Position numbers and translations under genes: made by a program | Origin: a virus | Lineage: Duplodnaviria; Caudoviricetes | IMG/VR virus record: IMGVR_UViG_3300017778_008252 | Span: 1-57,635 of that record | Strand: one strand, 5' to 3' | Length of the DNA stretch: 57,635 bases | Shown: positions 36,503 through 44,720 of the stretch, piece by piece | How the letters are laid out: the number at the start of each line of letters is the position of its first letter | Numbering within the stretch: position 1 is the stretch's first letter | Notes under the pieces: generated by a model | Database searches by the model: none | Told to the model about the DNA's origin: nothing | The model's input: only the letters and a program-made list of their open reading frames with translations

Positions 36503-36986
36503 CATATCCTCTTGCTTTGAACCATTGGTCGCCATAACTGACTAAGCATTGGTCACCTGCAAGAATTGGTTTGATGGTCCGGATTTCAATCAACACATCT
36601 TCACCGCAATTTTGAAAGGTTGCATTATTTTGATTTGAATGATTATATAATCCGGCCCATCCCAATGGAACTGCTGAAGATGATTCATCCCATTTTAACA
36701 AATATCGGTCTAAGATCATATCTTCACTTTTAACACCTTCCGCTTGAAGCATCCAAAATGTCATATCGGATATTTTTTCTGGATATACGATTAAAGAAGC
36801 TCTTTCAACTATTGTATCAGTCGGAATATCAGCAGATGCAAAAACACCCCATCCATTAATTTCTGGGACCCATTGAACTTCTAATCGAGCATCAATAAAC
36901 GGTCTATTTTCCACTACCACACGTTGATTTAAGGTCTTCAGGGAAATCTGAGATCTTGTCATAAATAAAAGCCGGAACCTTTCCAC
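36483..36986 (-). CDS. SET-domain protein (putative lysine methyltransferase)
   Basis: GWGVFASADIP, YNHSNQNNA, TIKPILAGDQCLVSYG; true start may be GTG at 36920 or 36914. Confidence 0.85.
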   Translation of the reverse strand: MERFRLLFMTRSQISLKTLNQRVVVENRPFIDARLEVQWVPEINGWGVFASADIPTDTIVERASLIVYPEKISDMTFWMLQAEGVKSEDMILDRYLLKWDESSSAVPLGWAGLYNHSNQNNATFQNCGEDVLIEIRTIKPILAGDQCLVSYGDQWFKARGYVKKVDF

Positions 36987-37194
36987 ATTGTTTGCAAACT
37001 ACAACCTCAGCAGGAACGGCTTCTTCTTTGCCAGTCGGGCTTAATAGTGGAGAAAGACGTTTAAATACATAAGCAGCCTCAAACAACTGTGGTCCTTTTT
37101 CACATCCAATCCAAGGCAGGTCTTTTGGATTAAAACTAGGTTGATAGTTTTCGGGTTGTGACATCATGCCACCATTTAAAGAAATTTCTTTCAT
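36904..37194 (-). CDS. Hypothetical protein (possible Zn-binding)
   Basis: 96 aa; FKRLSPLLSPTGKEE..P...CKQCG. Confidence 0.8.
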   Translation of the reverse strand: MKEISLNGGMMSQPENYQPSFNPKDLPWIGCEKGPQLFEAAYVFKRLSPLLSPTGKEEAVPAEVVVCKQCGKVPAFIYDKISDFPEDLKSTCGSGK

Positions 37195-37388
37195 TGAATT
37201 GTTTTTAAAAATGAAATAATAAAATAAGCTCTTTAAGTAATCTTTACCTTCCTAAACTTACTTATTCTTTTTATGACTAAAATGACTAAAAAGTTTTAGA
37301 ATTAAAGACTATTTAAAAAATAATTATAAAAACTATAATCTATTTATCACATATAATTTATATTACTAATTTTAAAAACTAATAAACT

Positions 37389-37865
37389 ATGGCAAACACA
37401 GACAATAAATGCGCACACTTGGAAATTGAAGACGTATGGTCAGATCGTACTGAAATTAATGAAGATACGTTAGGTGATATTTTAAATCTTCAAGCTGAAA
37501 CTCAAAAAAATGTTTATGGTTACGATTTCGAAAATATGTCACTTCGGGATGTTATGAATTTCTGGCATATGAACACCCACGCCATGATTGATGAAATCCA
37601 TGAGGCAACAGATGCATTGGGTGGAGTTTCAAATGGAGGTTCCGCGATTTGGAAACTTTGGAAAAAGGACTATTCAAAATACACAGATATGAAATTTTCA
37701 GATCTTTCTGAAGAAGATCAAATTGAATGCAAATTTGAGATTGTGGATATGCTACATTTCTTTATGAACTATGCGGCGTCAATTGGAATGACTTCTCAAG
37801 AGATGTATAATTTTTATATGAGTAAGAACAAAGAAAATAGAGCTAGACAAAAAAATGGTTATTAA
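37389..37865 (+). CDS. Dimeric (all-alpha) dUTPase / NTP pyrophosphatase
   Basis: AMIDEIHEATD, WKLWK, KFEIVDMLHF, YMSKNKENRARQKNGY. Confidence 0.9.
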   Translation: MANTDNKCAHLEIEDVWSDRTEINEDTLGDILNLQAETQKNVYGYDFENMSLRDVMNFWHMNTHAMIDEIHEATDALGGVSNGGSAIWKLWKKDYSKYTDMKFSDLSEEDQIECKFEIVDMLHFFMNYAASIGMTSQEMYNFYMSKNKENRARQKNGY

Positions 37866-37951
37866 ATTATATGCAACCACATATAAATACTAGGTTTCTG
37901 ATGAGATTATATGTAAATGAATATATTTTTTAGAAAAAATCCGAGGATTCC

Positions 37952-37982
37952 TTGCAAGTCTCGTATTTTTGTGTTATATTTA
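37952..37982 (+). promoter_or_regulatory. Bacteroidota-type promoter variant (putative early)
   Basis: TTG-N20-TATATTTA; shares ccttgcaagtc.cg and gtgttatattt.tactgt with 343-381. Confidence 0.55.
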
Positions 37983-38017
37983 TACTGTTGAAATTATCAA
38001 ACATTAAAAATATCCAA

Positions 38018-38698
38018 ATGATTAGCAAAGAAAGATTTAACAAATTACTTTTTTTCGATATTGAAACTGCGGGACAATACAAAGACTATTTCGAACTTAG
38101 TAACCATGACCGAATGGGCGCAAAAATCTGGGAAAAAAAATGGGAACTTTATCTTAAACCAAACACGGATTCTTTAGAAGAATCATATTCCAAAAGTGTT
38201 GCAATTTACCCAGAGTTCGGAAGAATTGTTTGTTTGTCATACGGTGTTTATAAGGATGGAGAGATGACTGTCAAAACAATTAGCTCTGAATCTGAATCTG
38301 AAATGATGAAACTCATCTATCAGCTTTTTGCTCGTGCCGGAGAACGTGGAATGACACCGATTGGCTGGAACATTAAACAGTTTGACATTCCATGGATTAA
38401 TCGAAGGCTCATGGCAAACGGATTAAGTGTTCCAAATTCATTAGATACTTTTGAGAAAAAACCATGGGAAGTTTCAATTCTTGACCTTAGAGATATGTGG
38501 AGAGGATTCTCAACATTCCCATGTACTTTTGAGGAAGCTGCATATGCAATGGGTGTGCCGACGCCTAAAGACGATATTGATGGAAGTCAAGTTCATTCAG
38601 AGTTTTGGAAAGGTAATGTTGACCGAATTTCCACTTATTGTGAGAAGGACGTTAAAACCATGATTGAACTATTAAAAAAAATGTCAAATATCGAATAA
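38018..38698 (+). CDS. 3'-5' exonuclease (DnaQ/PolB-exo-like)
   Basis: FFDIET, GWNIKQFDIPW, YCEKDV; ATG 38018 preferred. Confidence 0.9.
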   Translation: MISKERFNKLLFFDIETAGQYKDYFELSNHDRMGAKIWEKKWELYLKPNTDSLEESYSKSVAIYPEFGRIVCLSYGVYKDGEMTVKTISSESESEMMKLIYQLFARAGERGMTPIGWNIKQFDIPWINRRLMANGLSVPNSLDTFEKKPWEVSILDLRDMWRGFSTFPCTFEEAAYAMGVPTPKDDIDGSQVHSEFWKGNVDRISTYCEKDVKTMIELLKKMSNIE

Positions 38699-38699
38699 T

Positions 38700-39560
38700 A
38701 TGCCCGAATTAAGTGAAGTTAAAATTATGGCGGATTTTATCAATTACGCCCAAAGAGAAGAAGGTTTTTTCAATTATATGAAAAAATCTCAAGAAACAAA
38801 AATTCAAACTGAAGACGACCCATTCAAAGGTGGAGTTTTTACAGTATCTGCGCAATCTCGCGGAAAGGAATTATTACTAACACTTAAACAAGTTGGCGGT
38901 TCAATGACTGACGAGATTCAAAAGAATCTCCTATGCAATATGGGAATGAGTGGAAATTGGGTCTATATGCGAAAGACAGCACCTCAATTAGAAAAAGCAA
39001 TGAAGCACGCCCATTTAAGATTTAGATCAACTCGTGGGAATTGGTTGCTACTTTTTGATATGCGCCGATTTGCAAAATGGCGATGGACAGCTGGATGGAG
39101 TGCAAACAGAAGTCCGTGTCCTCTTACCGAATATGATCTTTTTCGTGAAAATCTATTAAACCATTTTTGGAAACATAAAGATTTCAATAAGCCACTTTGT
39201 GAAGTCTTAATGAACCAAAAATGGTTTAATGGGGTGGGCAACTATGTGAGATCTGAGGTTTTATATCGTTTAGATTGCAATCCGTTCCAACCCGCAAACC
39301 AACTAACAATTGGTGAGTTAAATCAGCTGACAACAATTATCCACTTAGCATTTAGAGATACTTATCAAATGGGTGGTGGACAATTAAAAGATTGGCACAA
39401 CCCTACTGGAGCAAGTGCAAAAGATTTTAATGAATGGATGAAATGTTATAGTAAAAAATCGAGTGCATCGGTAAAAGATAGTACAGGACGAAAGTTTTGG
39501 TTTGACCCAAAATGGAAAGAGTCCGCAGATCTACAGTATTCAAAAGTTAAAAATAAATAA
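38700..39560 (+). CDS. Fpg/Nei-family DNA glycosylase (NEIL1-like, no Zn finger)
   Basis: N-terminal MPELSEV, RGKEL, MGMSG, FDMRRF, H2TH LMNQKWFNGVGNYVRSEVLY, C-terminal DSTGRKFWF. Confidence 0.9.
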   Translation: MPELSEVKIMADFINYAQREEGFFNYMKKSQETKIQTEDDPFKGGVFTVSAQSRGKELLLTLKQVGGSMTDEIQKNLLCNMGMSGNWVYMRKTAPQLEKAMKHAHLRFRSTRGNWLLLFDMRRFAKWRWTAGWSANRSPCPLTEYDLFRENLLNHFWKHKDFNKPLCEVLMNQKWFNGVGNYVRSEVLYRLDCNPFQPANQLTIGELNQLTTIIHLAFRDTYQMGGGQLKDWHNPTGASAKDFNEWMKCYSKKSSASVKDSTGRKFWFDPKWKESADLQYSKVKNK

Positions 39561-39614
39561 AAAACTAAAATTTGCTTTGATATATACTAAAAGCAAATTA
39601 AAAAATAAAACACA

Positions 39615-40448
39615 ATGGCAGTAATAACATTAACAGAAATTTTAGGAGGCGATAATATCGCTGGTTCAAGGATTACAATCAATGATAATTTTAAGAGAGT
39701 TTCAAATGCAATCAACACGCTAGAAACTAGATTAGACACTTCGTTTACACCTGGTGGTTCTTTGAATGTTGGAAATGCTTTGATTAGAAGATATACAAAT
39801 CCAACTACAGCACAAATATTTGACTGTGAAGCAACTGCACTAATTCAAGGTAATTTGAATGTTCTTTTGGATATGGGTGTCTCACAAAGCGCTTCTGTTG
39901 CATTAGATATGACAATCGGTAGAAATATTAATTTTACTGGTTCTGCAGTAGGTGGTCCTTGGTCATTTACATCAGGTATCCGAAGCACGTTTACGAATGA
40001 AATAACAAACCAGCAATTATACCAAGGAACAACTGGTGCTCCAGCAATTAATCTCCAATCACTCGCCGGTTCAGGTACTGTAAGACAGATAACGAGTGTT
40101 ATTGGACATAGTGTGTTACGAGTGGATTTGTCAACGTACAATGGCATAGCGCCTAATGATTGTGAAGGTATCATTTTACCGACTGTCGCAAGTAGTACAC
40201 CTGGACAAATCTTAACAGTAATTATTGATGGCGCGGCAGGAGCTTTACTAGCATCCGGATTTTTCCAAATATCAGCAACCAACTTTGCGCCAGGTGCTGT
40301 TAACGCTGTAAATGGAATCAGAATGAGCGATGTTACTCCAACAAACAGTAATGATGTCCGAAAGCTTGCAGTGACACTTTTTGCTGATGCTTCGGGATGG
40401 AGAGTACTAAATATTACTCAAGCATCCGCTGGTGATATTACATACTAA
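39615..40448 (+). CDS. Putative virion structural (fibre/appendage) protein
   Basis: GATATATA at 39579; N-terminal TEILGGDNIAGSRITINDNF anchor-like motif; G/T/A-rich. Confidence 0.7.
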   Translation: MAVITLTEILGGDNIAGSRITINDNFKRVSNAINTLETRLDTSFTPGGSLNVGNALIRRYTNPTTAQIFDCEATALIQGNLNVLLDMGVSQSASVALDMTIGRNINFTGSAVGGPWSFTSGIRSTFTNEITNQQLYQGTTGAPAINLQSLAGSGTVRQITSVIGHSVLRVDLSTYNGIAPNDCEGIILPTVASSTPGQILTVIIDGAAGALLASGFFQISATNFAPGAVNAVNGIRMSDVTPTNSNDVRKLAVTLFADASGWRVLNITQASAGDITY

Positions 40449-40466
40449 AAATAATACTATATTCAA

Positions 40467-40847
40467 ATGGAACACAAACACATTAAAGATTTCGAAAATT
40501 TCTTAAATGAAAATTTATACGGCTTGAAAATAGCTAGTACCTTAATGGATATTGCCGACAAAGGATGGGCTACATTGGGCTTTCAAAGCGCAGACGATAT
40601 TTACGAAGACTTGGCAAAACAGAAAAAATATATTGATATGTTGAATTCTGAAATAGAAAAAGCGGGAATTGAAAAACATATCAGCAGCAATGTGGACACA
40701 GTACACGATGAGTTAGAAAATGAAAACTACCATCATCTTAATGCTTTTTTGGCTATTTCTGGCTATTATAATGAAAAGTATAAAAAGAATTATTTAATAA
40801 ATATGAAAATGAGTACAAGTTCTCAGTGGGCATTACATCTCATATAA
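40467..40847 (+). CDS. Putative internal head protein (capsid-targeting-like leader)
   Basis: MEHKHIKDFENFLNENLY. Confidence 0.7.
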   Translation: MEHKHIKDFENFLNENLYGLKIASTLMDIADKGWATLGFQSADDIYEDLAKQKKYIDMLNSEIEKAGIEKHISSNVDTVHDELENENYHHLNAFLAISGYYNEKYKKNYLINMKMSTSSQWALHLI

Positions 40848-40859
40848 AAAAATATAAAT

Positions 40860-41552
40860 ATGAAACACATCAAAACATTTGAAAGTTTTATTGCGGAAGC
40901 CGGCGGACGAGATGCTGGTAAATATGAAGTCGCAAAAATCGACATCAAAACTGCTGTGAAGTTAATGGAAGAGAAAGGATATTTTGAATGGATTGACCAA
41001 AAAGAGTTTGAACGTAATTTTCTAACTTTACAAAAATGGGTTGTTACAGGTAAAACCAAAAGAAAAGATATGCCAGTGTTATCTGGTGGCGATGTGAGTT
41101 TGTTTGCAGATAAACTAACTGACGGGTTGATAGATGTCCATAAACCTTATTTTGATTTTACAACAAAAGGTTTGATTATCAATACAACAAATGCTGAAGT
41201 TTTTATGACTGCCGGGAAACTAGATGGTGTTGAAGATGACGATAAAGTAAGTGCAAAATTTGAGCCGATTCCTGCCAATAAATTAAAACCAATTCAAGAA
41301 CAAATCTATTTTGATGAGTGCATTGGATTTTTGGAGCATGGCTTAAACAAAGCAATTGCAATTGTTGAAAGTAAAAATTCTGTGGTATCAAGTGACAACT
41401 TTATTATTGACGGACACCACCGTTGGGGTTTTGCAATGCTTTTTGCCCCAACAATGAAATTTAGATGTTTGTCAATTGATTTAGAAATTAAAAAATTAGT
41501 GAAAGTAGCATTGGACTTTGGTGATGCCTTAGGAAATGCCAGAAATAAATAA
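40860..41552 (+). CDS. ParB/sulfiredoxin-like domain protein with capsid-targeting-like leader
   Basis: MKHIKTFESFIAE; LKPIQEQI...VVSSDNFIIDGHHRW. Confidence 0.75.
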   Translation: MKHIKTFESFIAEAGGRDAGKYEVAKIDIKTAVKLMEEKGYFEWIDQKEFERNFLTLQKWVVTGKTKRKDMPVLSGGDVSLFADKLTDGLIDVHKPYFDFTTKGLIINTTNAEVFMTAGKLDGVEDDDKVSAKFEPIPANKLKPIQEQIYFDECIGFLEHGLNKAIAIVESKNSVVSSDNFIIDGHHRWGFAMLFAPTMKFRCLSIDLEIKKLVKVALDFGDALGNARNK

Positions 41553-41566
41553 AAAAACAAAACATT

Positions 41567-42031
41567 ATGAAACACATTAAACTATTTGAACAATTTATTA
41601 ATGAGGCTGATATGAAAAATGCAGCGGTTGACACAAAGGGTGATAGTATGCCTGGTATGTCTGTAATGCAACGTAAAGTTAATAACGGAGATGTTACTGA
41701 TGTTAAAGTTCAAACATCATTTTATCATAACGGTATAATTGAAAAGAGTAAAGAGAAAGCATTTATTAATAACTTAACTAAAGACTTTACGGATTCTTTT
41801 CAAAAAACAATTAAAAAGTTTGAAGCTCCTAGTAATGGAAGTGGTAAATTGTTTAATGAACCACACGTAACTGTTATACAAAAGAAAATTAATGGAACGG
41901 ATACTGTTCTTGTTAACATTGAAGGATATATTTCATATTCAGGATTTGTTTCTAATCCTAAGAAATTTTTAGAAATACTACAAAAAGATTTTAGTAATAT
42001 CTTTACCGAAAATGTTGAAAATTATAAATAA
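41567..42031 (+). CDS. Putative internal head protein (capsid-targeting-like leader)
   Basis: MKHIKLFEQFINE. Confidence 0.7.
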   Translation: MKHIKLFEQFINEADMKNAAVDTKGDSMPGMSVMQRKVNNGDVTDVKVQTSFYHNGIIEKSKEKAFINNLTKDFTDSFQKTIKKFEAPSNGSGKLFNEPHVTVIQKKINGTDTVLVNIEGYISYSGFVSNPKKFLEILQKDFSNIFTENVENYK

Positions 42032-42048
42032 AAAGATAAATAAACAAT

Positions 42049-42387
42049 ATGAAACACATTCAAGATTTCGAAGGCTTCTTAAATGAAGCAAACAACTCGC
42101 CGGAAGAAAAAAAATTGATAAGCGCTGGTAAGCAAATTATTAAGGCTCAATATTTAACCAAGTCAGGTGAGTTTGTTTTAGTAACTCCTACTACAAATAT
42201 ATCTTTTGCGTGTGCTGGTGGTGCAGATATAGATATTGCATCAGGTGATGAAACACAAATAAAAAATACTGCTATTAAAAATGTAAAAATAGATCTGTAT
42301 GAAGTACAGTTAGAATTTTCAAATGGAGAAACTATTGTATTAGAAGATGGTACTGGTGGAGAAGGTATTGAAATATCTTATAGTTAA
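42049..42387 (+). CDS. Putative internal head protein (capsid-targeting-like leader)
   Basis: MKHIQDFEGFLNE. Confidence 0.7.
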   Translation: MKHIQDFEGFLNEANNSPEEKKLISAGKQIIKAQYLTKSGEFVLVTPTTNISFACAGGADIDIASGDETQIKNTAIKNVKIDLYEVQLEFSNGETIVLEDGTGGEGIEISYS

Positions 42388-42446
42388 AATTGTTTCGGAT
42401 GTGAAACGAATGATAACACCTCTCCAATAAAAATAAAAAACAAACG

Positions 42447-42481
42447 AAAGTTGGCAGATTTGAAATTTGTCAACTTTTTTT
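42447..42481 (+). terminator. Intrinsic terminator
   Basis: aaagttggcagatt-tgaa-atttgtcaactttttt. Confidence 0.75.
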
Positions 42482-42550
42482 GTTTCTAAAAAAAGATATA
42501 GAGTAGCGGCTATGATATATAACTTAAATATTCGTTAAAATAGTAATAAT

Positions 42551-44698
42551 ATGATAGCACCGTTAATTAAACCTATTCGCCTACAGGGTGGGACTTTTTA
42601 CACGTTTTCTTCAGCTTCTGAAGATCTTGGATTAACATTCAACAATTCGCAAAAGAAATTTAAATTTTCAAAATTTTCTTTATTGAATATCCCAGATATT
42701 CGAAACCCAGCTCTGGGCGAAAACTTTATCGGGCTATCAAATACACCCGGCGCTTACACCGAAATTGACGGCTCAAAAACTGAAAACGATTACTTTGCTG
42801 AAAGTTTCCAAAACTATTGTTTGAACCTGGAATCAATTATTGCCAGTAATCCACAATATGATGCAACAGTAGACAGAACTGTATCTGAAAGGGTTTTCTT
42901 TAAATGGCTTAAGGAAATGGGCGCAATTCGTTTCCGTGAAGCAGTTTCTGGTGAAATCTCGTCAAGTGTTTACGGTCTTCGTTGGGTTGAAGAAAACGAC
43001 AGTCCGACTTATAAAAAGGTAGTTCGTTATATTGGAGACATTAATATTATTAACAATGTTAAAAATAATATCAATGCCTTTAGTGAAGTTTATATTTACA
43101 TCCCGACATCTCACGGAAATACGCCGACAGTTTTATTTAATGCAATTTCTGATAACAACTACGGTCCGGGCCAAATATTTACAAACCAACCTGCTAATCC
43201 TTTAGCTGCCGAATATCTTTTTGGAAGGGACGCAAGTTCAGTCCAACCTGCAGGACTCAGCACATTTGCGTTTTATGATAGCGATGGGTTTACTTTTACT
43301 GTTACCGACCCATTTGGCGCAACTGGTAATTATTACTATTTCAATACAACACTAAACGCTTGGGTGCAAAACGGCAATCCTGGCTTCCAATGGTGGTTTA
43401 GCAATCCGATTGCGAATACTTATTTCCTAGAACCTAGTTCCTTTGGTAATTCGGCAAATGACCGATTTAAAATTGAAAGTGTCAATAAAGAAGTTGAATA
43501 TACTCGCTCAAAACTTGACGGTATTTCACTTGAATTTTTACCGGACGTCTATTCGGGAATCAGTAGTTTGCAAACTAAAGATTTCGGAACATTTAACGAA
43601 ACTGCAAATGCTCAGACTTTTGATTTTAATGCAGTCCTAATCTATTATGATTTATACGACCCTGCAAATCCAAGTAACAGTACTACCAACTTGTTTGGCG
43701 TTCTTTTCTTAGACAATGTTGATCCTCTACCTGCAGGAGGCGGGGTAATTCCACGCTTGACAAAATATAAACCAAATTCACTTACGGGTGAAAATGGTAA
43801 CTCGTATTCTTTCAGAGTTAATTTGAAATTTGATGTCAATACTCAAGACACTGCAATTGAGACAAACATTAATAACTACAATCCATATTCATTGGAATTG
43901 TATATGGAGGCGTTAAATGAGATGATGACCGCTGTTACTTTATTAACGGGAAATCAACAAGTAATTAGTGACTTGCAAATTAAATTCAGTGAACTTCAAG
44001 AATTTATCTTAACAAATGAAAATGCAGAAGAGATTAAATTACAAATTGCAGAATTGGTTGATTCAGTTTCTGATAATGCAGCAATTTATGCAAACACGCA
44101 AAACTTACTCAATTTAATCCAAAGAAACTACCAGGAAATCACAAACATTTACCAAAATAAAACTTCGGTTGAGATGTCTTATAACCTAGATATCTTAGTT
44201 CAGGGGCAAGGAATTATATTAGACAAATCGCAAGCGGGTCAAGTTAAGGTAATTAATAGTAATCAAGCGTTTAATGTTGGAACTCGTCCACAAGTAAGTA
44301 TCCTAAGTGACTTTGCAGCGAACCCAACTAACTACGCATATATACATCAACTAAACACATTTAGTAATTATTTAAAAATTACAGATGGTTCACCTGGTAA
44401 TCCTTTGATTGTTGACCGAGATGTTATTGTCTATATTGATGACTCACAATTGACTTGGGAAAAAGGACAAATAATTCGAATTTCATTTACAAATGGAATT
44501 GATTTAGATAACAGCAATGGAAGTTTTAATTTTATTATCTACTCAGATGCGTTGGACAAATTAAATACGGGATTCCCGTACTCAGCTGAAATTGCATTTG
44601 TTTCTTACTTAGATTTTGAATCCAGAAATAATGCACCCACGATTGAATTGGTTTGCTTAGACCCAGCAACTTATACGTTTACTGCTGATATTTTTTAA
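42551..44698 (+). CDS. Putative virion structural protein
   Basis: 715 aa; GATATATA at 42514; beta-rich with an internal coiled coil. Confidence 0.75.
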   Translation: MIAPLIKPIRLQGGTFYTFSSASEDLGLTFNNSQKKFKFSKFSLLNIPDIRNPALGENFIGLSNTPGAYTEIDGSKTENDYFAESFQNYCLNLESIIASNPQYDATVDRTVSERVFFKWLKEMGAIRFREAVSGEISSSVYGLRWVEENDSPTYKKVVRYIGDINIINNVKNNINAFSEVYIYIPTSHGNTPTVLFNAISDNNYGPGQIFTNQPANPLAAEYLFGRDASSVQPAGLSTFAFYDSDGFTFTVTDPFGATGNYYYFNTTLNAWVQNGNPGFQWWFSNPIANTYFLEPSSFGNSANDRFKIESVNKEVEYTRSKLDGISLEFLPDVYSGISSLQTKDFGTFNETANAQTFDFNAVLIYYDLYDPANPSNSTTNLFGVLFLDNVDPLPAGGGVIPRLTKYKPNSLTGENGNSYSFRVNLKFDVNTQDTAIETNINNYNPYSLELYMEALNEMMTAVTLLTGNQQVISDLQIKFSELQEFILTNENAEEIKLQIAELVDSVSDNAAIYANTQNLLNLIQRNYQEITNIYQNKTSVEMSYNLDILVQGQGIILDKSQAGQVKVINSNQAFNVGTRPQVSILSDFAANPTNYAYIHQLNTFSNYLKITDGSPGNPLIVDRDVIVYIDDSQLTWEKGQIIRISFTNGIDLDNSNGSFNFIIYSDALDKLNTGFPYSAEIAFVSYLDFESRNNAPTIELVCLDPATYTFTADIF

Positions 44699-44720
44699 AA
44701 TACATATATAAATAATAAAG

